A stretch of 64,000 bases of DNA. It comes from an uncultured Alphaproteobacteria bacterium. GTDB taxonomy: Bacteria > Pseudomonadota > Alphaproteobacteria > RF32 > CAG-239. Within the stretch, counting starts at the first letter, position 1; every line of letters begins with the position of its first letter. The notes under the pieces are model-generated. The model was not told the DNA's origin. It did not search any database and saw only the letters and a list, made by a program, of their open reading frames with translations. Position numbers and translations under genes: made by a program. Where the stretch lies: assembly GCA_949297415.1 (NCBI GenBank), contig CASFSV010000017.1, positions 24,244 through 88,243 on the forward strand. The letters run 5' to 3'. Shown piece after piece: positions 49,502 to 59,943 of the stretch.

Positions 49502-52500
49502 ATGAGTAAATTATTTAATAAGTCAGAACAGCGCGGTACGCTTCTTGTTGAAGCGCTCGCTATGCTGGGACTGATTGCCATGGTTACGCCAACCCTTTAT
49601 AAAAAATCTGCCGAACGTTTGCAGGAAATACAAGATATTAACTCGGCTTCGCAGGCGCGTACTATGGGTAATGTGATCGATGCTTTTATTAGGCAGAATT
49701 TTGCCGGATTGATGAGTTCCGCAGCTTTTACTGATAATAGTACTTTGGTTATTGAATTTGAAGATGAGCAACCGGGGAATAATGTCTTCCACGTCGGATA
49801 CTCTAGCTATCTCCCGTATGGCTATAAACCTAATGAAATTCGCGGTTATGATATGCCTAAAGTTTATGTTCACCGTGATAACAGTACTTTGGTTTCATAT
49901 GTCCTTTATCCGAAAATAGTTGATCTGGGTGCTAAACGTGCAGCTCGTTTGGCTTCTCTTGTTGGAGCTAACGGTGGTGTTATTACTGAGTTGAAAGAAG
50001 CTAAAGGTACCGGTGGCGCTTGGTTCTTGGACAGTACTATGGTTGATGATTTGGAGTTTGATTCTTCTGCTTTGACGGAAAACTCTCTTATCGTGACTTC
50101 TAATGAACCGGTTTCCATGAGTTATGACGATAGTATGAAATATTTGTATCGTGTACCACCGGATAACTATGATGATCCGGCAGAGTATTATCATAATACA
50201 ATGGTGACTGACCTGTATCTTGGCGGACACGCTTCTCCGGGTGACGATCAGCCGCGTTCTGACTATTACTATTCTATCTTTAACGTTAAAAAATTAACTA
50301 TGAATACTGACTGTAATCGTGCGTTTATCGGTGAAGATATTTCTTCCGGTATTACGGCTTGCGACCCTAATGTTGCTGACTTGTATATCGGTAAACCTTT
50401 CAGCAAAACTTTAGTTGATTCTCCTTATGATCAAAAATTGGAAGCTAATAACGGTGCGGCTTGGATATATGGTAATTTGGCGGCCTTAAGTGAAAGCTTC
50501 CAGTTATTCCGCGAAGAAACGCTTTATGACGGTAATGTTAAAGATACTTTAGGGTATAACGCTGATATGGATCGTACTGCCGATGGTTGGGATGTTTTAC
50601 AGTTCGCTCGTATGAACAGTTCCGGTACAGGCGATGAGGAAGTTATCGTATTTCGTGCAGAAAATAAAGAAAACGCCGAACGCGTTTCTATGATGGATGA
50701 ATTTGTTCAAGTTAGACGCAGAGAAGATTCTTCTGATATTGTGGACTTTTTAGTCGGATCTTCGGGTGTAAGTAATCTCGGTACGTTAATTCAAGCTTTC
50801 TCTAATAATAATTTTAATGAAGTTCATATTAACCAAGCGTCTAACTCTTCTGAAACTACAATTAATAGGCGAGGTGGTACCGTCTTTATTAATGGTGGTT
50901 CTACTACTGCTGATAATATGGTTACTTATATCAACGATATGGGCGGAAACCTGTATGCCGGTCATAATGCAGGGTGGATGATGGCTCAGGGTGCCGATAA
51001 TAGTTCAAGAATTCACTTGCTTGGTAATGTTAAAACCGTTAACAGCTCCGCAGCCGATAGTCGTATCTTTACGGTTGGACATGATGTTAATAATGAAAAC
51101 GGAGTTATCGGAAATGCTTATAACTCTAACCACATGATTTATGCCGATACCGATAAAGTTTCTTTACGTGGTGGTGCTATTCGTGTATATAGTGGGTTAG
51201 GTTATAGTGATGAGGGTATGGAGTCTGGTCCGGTTGCTTTCCTACCAACTCATAATAATGCTATTAAAAATGACTATGCTGATTTAACTACCCCTTCTGC
51301 TCATTTGACGACTATAGCTTCTAAATATACAGATATTATCGGTAGAACTTATATGGGTAATAAAAATATGAGTTCTACTGCTTCTAATGAAGGTACGTAT
51401 ACTCGTAATGAATTTACTTTGGGTGTTGCCGGTTCGGCTTGGGTTGATGAATTGTTATGGGCTCGTAAAGCTTGGTTGAAACAAGCCGGTATGCAAGAAC
51501 TTCACGCCGGTTTCGAATCTTATTCACAATTTGTCAGCGCTCCGCAAACGGCTTGGTTAAATGCTTATGACGATATGGTCGTTATTCGTAATATGACTAA
51601 AGGCGGTACTAATGATAAACGCGGAGAAATGAATACCGGTAAAAACGATTTGATGTTTATGGCTGATTCTACCAAAGTTTTAATTAACGATACCGATGGT
51701 GCTTGGGCTGCCTTTGAAGATGGTAGTTCTCGTATCGGGGCTGGTGATCCTAATACCGGTGCTCTCAAAAACTATTTCTTGGCTGATACCGTCGGTGGTG
51801 ACGGTTCGGCAAACGTCGTCGGTTCTACTTTGGTTAACCTCTATACTATCAATGATAAGACTTCCAGCGTGGTTGATGTGCAACGTGAAGCTATGCGATT
51901 TGCCGGGCATTGGACTTCTTCTTACGCAAACAGAATTGACGCTAAAACCGGTACTTTTACCATTAAAACAAAAGACGTAAGCTCTACTGATGAAGACGAA
52001 GGGGCTCAATTCTATGCCGATGCAGATAAAATCAGAACAAGATGGGTTGATTTTCAAGTAGAAGATGATTCCAGTCTGGCTCGCTTTAAAGTTGCTCCTA
52101 ATATGGATCCAGAAAGCTTGACGACAGAAGCTAATGTTCAAGTTAACGGTTCTTTCCACGTAACAGGTAATGAAGTTATACATATTGCTTCTAACTCGTC
52201 TAATGCCGTCGGAACAACCGATAATGATCATGCAATGTTTGAAATTGATCCTGAGTATATCCAAGTATGGGCTAAGGATTCCGACGGTAACTATGCCGCA
52301 GGAGGATCTTCTGCCGGCGGATATTACGCTATGTTGAAAATCAATCCGACTGATGTGAGAGGCGGTTCCAGCGATATTGATGATACACGCGAAGCTTCTA
52401 TCTATATCCGTAAAGGGGCTATTGAGTTAGAAGAAAGTTACAGTAGCGGAGGGTCTTCTTCTACTTATGCTGCAGATGAAGGGTTCGGTTATATTAAAGC

Positions 52501-53746
52501 TAACCGCTTTGTTTCTAATACTAATGAAACTGTCCCTGAAATTGCCGGTAAAGAGGATAGGGGGACTATGTATGACCAATATATGGTTAATCCGGCTTAT
52601 ACCTCGGTTATGCATGATATTAAATTAACTACTCGAGGGGGAGCTCGTTTGAGCGATATCTTACCTGACTTTATTCTTAAAGGCGTTTATAACGTTTCTA
52701 ACGACTTTCTTGAGGGGACACATACGGATAGAATTTCTTGGAGCTGTGGTCCGAAATGTACTGAACAGGGATTTAAGCCAATTCCTGCTAACGTGGCATG
52801 GGCAGATCCTTATGTCGGTCATATTCCTTATGCTCTTTGCCCTCCGGGATATAAAAATATGGCGACAATTATCCCTATTTCATTTAATATGGGACAAGCC
52901 GGAGAAATTATGCAAGCTAGCAAACTTGGTGGTATGTATAAACCTGAGAGTGTTGCTAACAGATGGGTGGTTAATCCGGGTACTCGACAAGCAGATATCT
53001 TGAAATCTGCAGAAGATATTGCGGGTATGTCCGGAGGTAGCTTGAACGATGCTATCATCTATCCGGGAATGGAAGAAGTCAGCAGTTTGGTTTATAATGG
53101 TATTTATCAAGACGGAAATACGCATGACTCATTCTTGGCGCAGACGTTATCCCGTACTGAAGGTTGGTATTTGGGCTTAAAGGCTTATTATACTGATGTT
53201 TCTTCTGTTACAACGGATTCAGATCTTACTGCAGCAGTTAGTGATCAAAATATTGGTACTTATACATATACAGATGATGGCACCAATCGTTATGCTGTTG
53301 CTCAACCTCTATATTTCCAACAGAATACGTGGTTGAAGACAGCGATTAAACCTGATACTGCCGGAGAAGGTTGGGATGCGCGTATGGGATTTATTTATGA
53401 TAAAAGTTATTATAATTTAGAGGGGGCTGCTGGATTGGATGATGAAGTTACATCTAACAACAATCAGGATGGTTATAATGATTTAAATAATTCTAACCCA
53501 ACATTCCAAAATGGTAGCTTTGTATGGAACTTATTCCCTGTTCCGACAAACACGATTGAAGGGCACGCTACCGTTTATTGTTACTTCGACAGAACTGTAT
53601 TTAAAGATGGTGATTGGGCGGATAAGGTTGACCAAATCGATCAGTTAGGTTCTTATCGTGATATTGATAATAAAAAATCAAGTTCAAACTCTGGTTACCT
53701 CAATCGTTTGCATGATCCATCGTTGAAGTATTCGGATCCGTGGTAA
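49502..53746 (+). CDS. Giant type IV minor pilin / PilV-like (Shufflon_N-like) adhesin
   Basis: Class III signal QRG|TLLVEALAMLGLIAMV with E5; AARLASLVGANGG..GTGGAW; long G/N/D/S-rich beta region; C-terminal CPPGY. Confidence 0.8.
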   Translation: MSKLFNKSEQRGTLLVEALAMLGLIAMVTPTLYKKSAERLQEIQDINSASQARTMGNVIDAFIRQNFAGLMSSAAFTDNSTLVIEFEDEQPGNNVFHVGYSSYLPYGYKPNEIRGYDMPKVYVHRDNSTLVSYVLYPKIVDLGAKRAARLASLVGANGGVITELKEAKGTGGAWFLDSTMVDDLEFDSSALTENSLIVTSNEPVSMSYDDSMKYLYRVPPDNYDDPAEYYHNTMVTDLYLGGHASPGDDQPRSDYYYSIFNVKKLTMNTDCNRAFIGEDISSGITACDPNVADLYIGKPFSKTLVDSPYDQKLEANNGAAWIYGNLAALSESFQLFREETLYDGNVKDTLGYNADMDRTADGWDVLQFARMNSSGTGDEEVIVFRAENKENAERVSMMDEFVQVRRREDSSDIVDFLVGSSGVSNLGTLIQAFSNNNFNEVHINQASNSSETTINRRGGTVFINGGSTTADNMVTYINDMGGNLYAGHNAGWMMAQGADNSSRIHLLGNVKTVNSSAADSRIFTVGHDVNNENGVIGNAYNSNHMIYADTDKVSLRGGAIRVYSGLGYSDEGMESGPVAFLPTHNNAIKNDYADLTTPSAHLTTIASKYTDIIGRTYMGNKNMSSTASNEGTYTRNEFTLGVAGSAWVDELLWARKAWLKQAGMQELHAGFESYSQFVSAPQTAWLNAYDDMVVIRNMTKGGTNDKRGEMNTGKNDLMFMADSTKVLINDTDGAWAAFEDGSSRIGAGDPNTGALKNYFLADTVGGDGSANVVGSTLVNLYTINDKTSSVVDVQREAMRFAGHWTSSYANRIDAKTGTFTIKTKDVSSTDEDEGAQFYADADKIRTRWVDFQVEDDSSLARFKVAPNMDPESLTTEANVQVNGSFHVTGNEVIHIASNSSNAVGTTDNDHAMFEIDPEYIQVWAKDSDGNYAAGGSSAGGYYAMLKINPTDVRGGSSDIDDTREASIYIRKGAIELEESYSSGGSSSTYAADEGFGYIKANRFVSNTNETVPEIAGKEDRGTMYDQYMVNPAYTSVMHDIKLTTRGGARLSDILPDFILKGVYNVSNDFLEGTHTDRISWSCGPKCTEQGFKPIPANVAWADPYVGHIPYALCPPGYKNMATIIPISFNMGQAGEIMQASKLGGMYKPESVANRWVVNPGTRQADILKSAEDIAGMSGGSLNDAIIYPGMEEVSSLVYNGIYQDGNTHDSFLAQTLSRTEGWYLGLKAYYTDVSSVTTDSDLTAAVSDQNIGTYTYTDDGTNRYAVAQPLYFQQNTWLKTAIKPDTAGEGWDARMGFIYDKSYYNLEGAAGLDDEVTSNNNQDGYNDLNNSNPTFQNGSFVWNLFPVPTNTIEGHATVYCYFDRTVFKDGDWADKVDQIDQLGSYRDIDNKKSSSNSGYLNRLHDPSLKYSDPW

Positions 53747-53763
53747 TCTAATGTTAAAACAGA

Positions 53764-53797
53764 AAGGGGAAGATTTTATTGCTTCCCCATTTTTTTA
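53764..53797 (+). terminator. Intrinsic terminator
   Basis: GGGGAAG-loop-CTTCCCC plus T-run. Confidence 0.75.
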
Positions 53798-53990
53798 GAT
53801 ATTCTTTTAGCTCTTTCATGTTTTATATAAGAGATTATTCAGTATTCCTCTCTTTTTTTTAATGTGTTTTAAAAGACGCTTTTATGTTAATTCTTGTTTA
53901 TAAGTTGTCGATTGGCTTTGCTAACCTTTTTTTTCATCGCTATGCTCTGCTCATAATGTAATAACTTTTATGTTTAAAGGATATATAAAG

Positions 53991-56573
53991 ATGGATATCT
54001 GTGAAAGTATCAGTAATCTGGCTTATCTTTCTGGTATTGAATTAAAAGCTACTATTGAAGAAAAGGTCGGATTGCTCAAGGCTATGGATATTCTCGATCA
54101 GAATTTTGATTATACTACTCAAGATGCTCAGAAACAAACTGAAAATATTCGTCTTATCGAGAAAATTATTGATGAAAAAAGAAATGCCAATTTTATCAAT
54201 ATTGTACACCATATTCCTATTTTAAGGCAAAATAAAGTTCCTTCTATGGAAATTTCTTTGCCAGATGGCGTTAAAAAACTTAAATGGAACTTTTATGAAG
54301 ACGAAGACCCCAAAAAATATTATAAAGGGGAAATCGTTATTGATGATTCTGAAAAATTTTATAGTGGTGAAGTCGCTATTGATGATTTGGAAAGAGTGGA
54401 AAGTAACGGCGATGAAGTTGAACGGACTATTGACGGCGTAACTTATCGTAAATATCGTTTTAAATTCCCGTTTGATGTGCGACTCGGTTATCATAATGTT
54501 TCGTTCTCTTATGTTAATGATAAAGGTGAAGAGGTTTCTCAAAAAACTAGCCTTATTTCTGCACCTGAAAAATGCTATGATGGTTTTGGTATTCGCGAAG
54601 GTAAGAAAACTTGGGGCGTTCCGGTACAACTTTATGAACAAGTCAGCGAGAATAATCTCGGTATCGGAAATTTTGGCGATTTGGCGCAACTCGGCTATAT
54701 CTTAGGTAAAAATGGAGCAGGGCTTATCGGCGTTAATCCGCTCCATGCCGCTCATGATGATAGACCGGAAATTGCTTCTCCTTATAGTCCTGATAGCCGT
54801 ATGTTCTTTAATTATCTCTATTTGGATGTTACGGCTATTAACGAATTTAAAAATTCTCCGGCTATTCGTGACTATTACAATAGTCCCGACTTTCAGGAGA
54901 AACTTAAAGTTAATCGGCGCAGAACTTATGTCGATTACTCAACTACTCAAGAATTAGTTGATGATATTTTACATCGTTGTTTTGATGAGTTTCGTTTTTC
55001 TCCGCTTAGCGAGGAAGCTCGTAATCGGTTTAATGTCTATTGTGCTGATCAGGGCGATAGTTTGGAAATGTTCGCAACATTTAGAGCGCTTTCTAAACAT
55101 TTCGCTAAACAAAATCCGACACCTGCCGGATGGCAAGATTGGCCGGCGGCTTATAGAGATAACCCAAATTCTCCTGAAATCATTGCTTTCAGAAATCAGC
55201 ATCGCGCTGAAATCGATTTTTATAAATATGCTCAATGGCAATGCGAAATCCAACTCCAATATGTTAAAGATACTTGCCTTAATTCTGGTATGAAAATCGG
55301 GCTTTATATGGATAATGCTGTCGGCGTTCATCCGAGAGGTTTTGAGGCTTGGTATTATCGCGATAATTATATTAAAGGTACTGCCGGTGCTGCTGAGGAT
55401 ATTTTATCCAAAAACGGACAACGTTGGTATTTACTCGGTTATAACCCTATGAAATTACAAGAACAAGGTTATGAACCTTATCGCCGTATTTTGGATGCTA
55501 ATATGCGGTACGCAGGTTGCTTGCGTATTGACCACGTTTTACAACTCCATCGCTTGTACATCTTCCCTGAAAATGCAGAAACCGGAAACTATATCTATTA
55601 TAACGTTAAAGAGTTGATGGCTATTGTGGCTCTCGAAAGCCATCGTAATAAAACTTTGGTTATCGGTGAAGATCTCGGTAATGCTACTGATGAAATTAAA
55701 CGCAGTATGGAAGATTTCGGTATCCTTTCTTATAAAGTGCTTCCTTTTGAACGACATAACGATATGTATAATTCTATGAAGCATCCTAGTGAATACCCGC
55801 AAATGTCCGTTTGTTCGCCATCTACTCATGATACACCTCCGTTGTCCAGCCAATGGAATGTTCAACATGTTTGGCAACAGAAACTCTTAGGTATTCTTTC
55901 TGATAAGCAGGCTGACGATACTTTTGAGCAATATGCTTCTCAACGTGAGGGACTAAACTGGATTTTAGAACATTATGGTATTTGGAATGAAGTTGGCGGA
56001 AAGGCTGTTGAGCACCCAAGAGAAGATGCTAATAATATCCCTGATAAATATGTTCAAGCCGTAACGACCTTTATGGCTCGTTCTAATTCCGCAATTATGC
56101 TTATGCCGTTTTCAGATATTTTTGGACAACGGGAAATGGGTAATATTCCGGGTATTTCTGAACTGGAATGGTCTCAACAGAAACCTTTACAGTTTGTTTA
56201 CGGTAATATTGCTTACCCTAACTGGCGCAAAAAAATGCATATTCCTGTTGAACATATTGAAGATGTGGAAATATTCCGTGAAGTCGCTCATATCTTAAAT
56301 AATTATAGACCTGACGGAAATAACGGAAAAGGTCGTTATTATCAGTTTGAGCGCTTAGGAAATAATAATTCTCCGACTATCGATTTTGATAAGTTTAAAC
56401 GTATGCTTGATATTATTAAGCATAAAGAAGCTTATCAAATGGAACAGCTACTTAAAAATCGTTATAGCGAAGCTTATAAAAAACGCTTGTCAAACCGTTT
56501 TGAAACTAATCAGAATCGATACAATAATATGGTGCAAGCTTGGATTGCTCATAAAAAAGCTCATGGTCTGTAA
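53991..56573 (+). CDS. malQ: 4-alpha-glucanotransferase (GH77)
   Basis: WGVPVQLY, GIGNFGDL, NPLHA, SPYSPDSR, LRIDH, IGEDLG, STHD, YPNWRKK. Confidence 0.93.
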   Translation: MDICESISNLAYLSGIELKATIEEKVGLLKAMDILDQNFDYTTQDAQKQTENIRLIEKIIDEKRNANFINIVHHIPILRQNKVPSMEISLPDGVKKLKWNFYEDEDPKKYYKGEIVIDDSEKFYSGEVAIDDLERVESNGDEVERTIDGVTYRKYRFKFPFDVRLGYHNVSFSYVNDKGEEVSQKTSLISAPEKCYDGFGIREGKKTWGVPVQLYEQVSENNLGIGNFGDLAQLGYILGKNGAGLIGVNPLHAAHDDRPEIASPYSPDSRMFFNYLYLDVTAINEFKNSPAIRDYYNSPDFQEKLKVNRRRTYVDYSTTQELVDDILHRCFDEFRFSPLSEEARNRFNVYCADQGDSLEMFATFRALSKHFAKQNPTPAGWQDWPAAYRDNPNSPEIIAFRNQHRAEIDFYKYAQWQCEIQLQYVKDTCLNSGMKIGLYMDNAVGVHPRGFEAWYYRDNYIKGTAGAAEDILSKNGQRWYLLGYNPMKLQEQGYEPYRRILDANMRYAGCLRIDHVLQLHRLYIFPENAETGNYIYYNVKELMAIVALESHRNKTLVIGEDLGNATDEIKRSMEDFGILSYKVLPFERHNDMYNSMKHPSEYPQMSVCSPSTHDTPPLSSQWNVQHVWQQKLLGILSDKQADDTFEQYASQREGLNWILEHYGIWNEVGGKAVEHPREDANNIPDKYVQAVTTFMARSNSAIMLMPFSDIFGQREMGNIPGISELEWSQQKPLQFVYGNIAYPNWRKKMHIPVEHIEDVEIFREVAHILNNYRPDGNNGKGRYYQFERLGNNNSPTIDFDKFKRMLDIIKHKEAYQMEQLLKNRYSEAYKKRLSNRFETNQNRYNNMVQAWIAHKKAHGL

Positions 56574-56593
56574 TTTGACCGTTGCTTTCTATA

Positions 56594-56623
56594 GGAGAGG
56601 AGCTTTATATGCTCCTCTTTTTT
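56594..56623 (+). terminator. Terminator after malQ
   Basis: AGAGGAGC-TTTATAT-GCTCCTCT plus T-run. Confidence 0.8.
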
Positions 56624-56749
56624 GTGCTGAAAAACTTTATCCTATTTCGTCTATCTTGGGGAAAATTAACTCTATTTTAATGACATATGATTATTTGTGG
56701 TCTTAGTATGTATATGTTAAATTGTTGATATTTTTCAAAAGGCAAAGTT

Positions 56750-57367
56750 ATGGAAAACAAACAGAAGGTTAGGGCTATTTTTCAGATTGGTGGGTGGCTT
56801 GCCTTTATTCTTTTGGGATATTTGGGAATACGTAGTTATAAACTTTCTGTTGAAAAACTCAAAACTAATGCTTGTATTGAGGAAATAGAAACCCTTTCCA
56901 GAAATATTCAGATGTATTTTCAAAGCCAGCGTGATTATGGTGAATTTAATTATAAACAAGCTGTTGACTTTAAACTGATCCCTCAAAGTATGTTTCGAGA
57001 AGGTTTTAAAGAAGCCACAAATGCCTATTTTGGGGGAGTTGATTTCTTTTATTCGTCTTTTGCGACTTTTAATGATAAAAGATCTTTTGAAATATCATTT
57101 CAAGGTTTGAGTAGTTATGCTTGCAAAGAATTGGTGCGTATGAATTGGGATAGCGCTGATATGACGAATCTTATTGCTGTGGGCGGATATTCCGTTCCAA
57201 CACCTTCAGGTGTGTTGGATGATATTTATCCTTCAACACCTCAGACAGATATAAAATCTCGTAATATTTTTAAGGCTAATGAAGCTCCTTATGTGGCTAT
57301 CGACAAATTAGAGACTATTTGTAACTGCAAAGAGGAAGTTTGTAGTGTTGTCTGGAAATTCCGTTAA
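56750..57367 (+). CDS. PilS-like (type IVb) pilin-domain protein
   Basis: N-terminal TM; LIPQSM..NAYFGGV..SFEISFQGLSSYACKELVRMNW..CNCKEEVCSVVWKFR. Confidence 0.7.
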   Translation: MENKQKVRAIFQIGGWLAFILLGYLGIRSYKLSVEKLKTNACIEEIETLSRNIQMYFQSQRDYGEFNYKQAVDFKLIPQSMFREGFKEATNAYFGGVDFFYSSFATFNDKRSFEISFQGLSSYACKELVRMNWDSADMTNLIAVGGYSVPTPSGVLDDIYPSTPQTDIKSRNIFKANEAPYVAIDKLETICNCKEEVCSVVWKFR

Positions 57368-57455
57368 TCCACTTTTTGCTTGCAAAATTTCTCGTTCGTG
57401 ATATAAAAAGACGAATTTTAACATTGTTTTTAATGTTTGTGCGTAATTTTTTCAA

Positions 57456-58940
57456 ATGGATTTTATGATGACAGAAGAAGTTAGTGAACAAAGACAGAGC
57501 CGCTTAAATAAGCTCGCTAAGTTACAGGATATGGGGTATAATCCTTATCCTTATCGTTTTCAACCCGATAGCTTTGCACAACCTTTGCAAGAAAAATATA
57601 AAGATTTGCCTAATGGCGAAAATACCGATGACAGAGTTACGGTGGCCGGTCGTGCTATGGCCGTTCGTAACGATGGTATGTTTATCGATTTGAAAGATAA
57701 AACAGGTAATATTCAAATCTTCTGCCATAAATCTCACTTAGACGAAGATAATCTTAAACTCTTAAAATGTTTGGATATCGGTGATATTATCGGTGTATCC
57801 GGCTTTATTCGCAGAACACCGCGTGGCGAACTTTCCGTTGCTGCAGAAAAGTTTGATATTATCGCTAAGTCTTTGGAACCGCTACCCGAAAAATTTCACG
57901 GTTTGACTGATGTCGAAACTCGTTATCGTAAGCGTTATGTCGATTTGATTATCAATGACGAGGCTAAACAAATCTTGCTCACACGTTGCAAAATCGTTTC
58001 TGCCGTTCGTGAGTTCTTTAATCAAAATGAATTTTTAGAGGTCGAAACACCTACGTTCCACCCAATTATGGGGGGAGCTAACGCAAAACCTTTTGTTACT
58101 CACTATAATGCTTTGGATAATGATTTCTATTTGCGTGTCGCTACCGAACTGTATTTGAAAAAATTAGTTGTCGGCGGCATTGATAGAGTGTTCGAAATCG
58201 GTAAAAACTATCGTAACGAAGGTATTGATAAAAATCATGTACCGGAATTTACAGGACTTGAAGCTTATATGGCTTATGGCGATTATAACGATATGGCTGA
58301 TTTGATTTACAGACTCGTTCGATTTGTCGTTAATAAAGTTTTCGGAACCGATAAATTGGTTTTGGATGGGCATGAAATTGACTTCTCTAAATCGTTCCCA
58401 AAAGTTTCTATCATTGATTTGATTAAGCGTGAAACAGGTGCTGATTTCTTAAGTGTTGAAACAGTTGAAGATGCGCGCGCTTTGGCAAAATCCGTCGGCG
58501 TTGATGCCGATCATTGCTCTAACTGGGGAAAGGTCGTTCAGGAAGTCTTTGACGAAAAAGTTGAAGCAACACTAATTGAGCCAATCCACGTTTCTGATAT
58601 GCCGAAAGATATTTCTCCGTTGGCCAAAACTCACCGCGATAATCCTCGTTTGGTTGAACACTTTGATACTTATTTACTTGGTATGGAACTTGGTTGCGCT
58701 TATTCTGAACTTTCTAACCCATTGGAACAATTGGAACGTTTTAAAGCACAAATGGCTGAACGTGAAAATGGTGATGATGAAGCGCAGATGCTTGATGAAA
58801 GCTTTATTGACGCTCTCTCTTATGGGTTTGTTCCAACGACCGGTATGGGAATGGGGATGGATAGATTAGCAAAGCTTTTAACTGGCGCAGCTACTCTTCG
58901 TGACGTTATTCTCTTTCCAACGCTCAAAAAAACAAAATAA
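57456..58940 (+). CDS. lysS: Lysine-tRNA ligase (class II)
   Basis: OB fold, LPEKFHGLTDVETRYRKRYVDL, GGANAKPF, YRNEGID..HVPEFT, GMDRL..RDVILFP. Confidence 0.97.
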   Translation: MDFMMTEEVSEQRQSRLNKLAKLQDMGYNPYPYRFQPDSFAQPLQEKYKDLPNGENTDDRVTVAGRAMAVRNDGMFIDLKDKTGNIQIFCHKSHLDEDNLKLLKCLDIGDIIGVSGFIRRTPRGELSVAAEKFDIIAKSLEPLPEKFHGLTDVETRYRKRYVDLIINDEAKQILLTRCKIVSAVREFFNQNEFLEVETPTFHPIMGGANAKPFVTHYNALDNDFYLRVATELYLKKLVVGGIDRVFEIGKNYRNEGIDKNHVPEFTGLEAYMAYGDYNDMADLIYRLVRFVVNKVFGTDKLVLDGHEIDFSKSFPKVSIIDLIKRETGADFLSVETVEDARALAKSVGVDADHCSNWGKVVQEVFDEKVEATLIEPIHVSDMPKDISPLAKTHRDNPRLVEHFDTYLLGMELGCAYSELSNPLEQLERFKAQMAERENGDDEAQMLDESFIDALSYGFVPTTGMGMGMDRLAKLLTGAATLRDVILFPTLKKTK

Positions 58941-58957
58941 TTACCTTTTCTTAAATC

Positions 58958-58991
58958 AAAAAAAGCCTGACCTTACGGTCGGGCTTTTTTT
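58958..58991. terminator. Bidirectional terminator
   Basis: AAAAAAGCCTGACC-TTAC-GGTCGGGCTTTTTT between convergent genes. Confidence 0.8.
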
Positions 58992-59010
58992 GCGTGTTTT
59001 TTCAAGAAGT

Positions 59011-59943
59011 TTACAGTTTTTTGTATACTCTCTTTTTGCTTTCTTTTAACAAGAGCTCTGCCTTGTCTTTGGCTAACAGTTTTTGATTACACAGAGTTTC
59101 CAACATAAAAATAATTTCCAATTCCAGACTCACTCGCATTTTGGGCTTGTTGCGTTTGACTTCACGCAATAAATGCAGAAACTGGAAAATAGATGTCAAA
59201 TTCTTGTTGGGTACACTGATGGTTTTGCCAAACAATTTTACACTCTTGTTCATCAGTTTCAGTTTGTAATGCTTGCGCAAGTAATGGTCGGCTTCGCGTA
59301 TCTGCGAATTAATGCGGATGATGTCATCTATTGGTTCTTGAAACGTTCCGGCATATTTGATGCATCGTTCCAATATGCTTGCCAATTCATGAAACATCAT
59401 CTCGTTTTCAGCAATTCCCTTACCATTCATTATCTTTGCAGCTTCACTTAGACTTTCTTCCACAACATAGAAATAAGAGATTAATCCGGGTGCTTGCTTT
59501 TTGACTGAGCGTTCTAATCGCAAAGACTGTCGTTTAGTTACACTCCAAATTACTGTACATCCTGCCGGCAGCAGCCTTTTTACTGACAGAATGTTCTCTC
59601 CAGTGTTGCGTCCTTTGGTCGATAAATTTATATCCGTTTCAGGTACGCCTAATTTATAACACACAGAGGCTAATAATTCGGCTTCACTTTTGTCGTGAGT
59701 ATATTTACTCAACAAACCTTTTCCGCCGACGCATAATATTGTCGGATGATAGCCATGTTGTTGGTAAATCTTATAATACAGCCATACAGCCCAGAATGCC
59801 GATGTCGGATCGTCATCGATGGCAATCACATAATCAGCTCGTATGACTTTGTTTTTAGAATCAAAGCAATTTGTTTTGATACATAAAGCTTCATAAATTA
59901 CTTCGGCAGCGTCCATGGAGCGCTCAAACTGTTTTTGGTTCAT
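59011..59943 (-). CDS. Divergent YdcF/DUF218-like protein
   Basis: ILCVGGKG..SEAELLASVCYKLGVP..RNTGENI. Confidence 0.7.
   Translation of the reverse strand: MNQKQFERSMDAAEVIYEALCIKTNCFDSKNKVIRADYVIAIDDDPTSAFWAVWLYYKIYQQHGYHPTILCVGGKGLLSKYTHDKSEAELLASVCYKLGVPETDINLSTKGRNTGENILSVKRLLPAGCTVIWSVTKRQSLRLERSVKKQAPGLISYFYVVEESLSEAAKIMNGKGIAENEMMFHELASILERCIKYAGTFQEPIDDIIRINSQIREADHYLRKHYKLKLMNKSVKLFGKTISVPNKNLTSIFQFLHLLREVKRNKPKMRVSLELEIIFMLETLCNQKLLAKDKAELLLKESKKRVYKKL

Noticed and set aside
53747-53990. Shufflon cassettes downstream of the PilV-like gene
   Set aside because: Only a terminator and the malQ promoter region are present, with no inverted partial ORFs, sfx repeats or rci.
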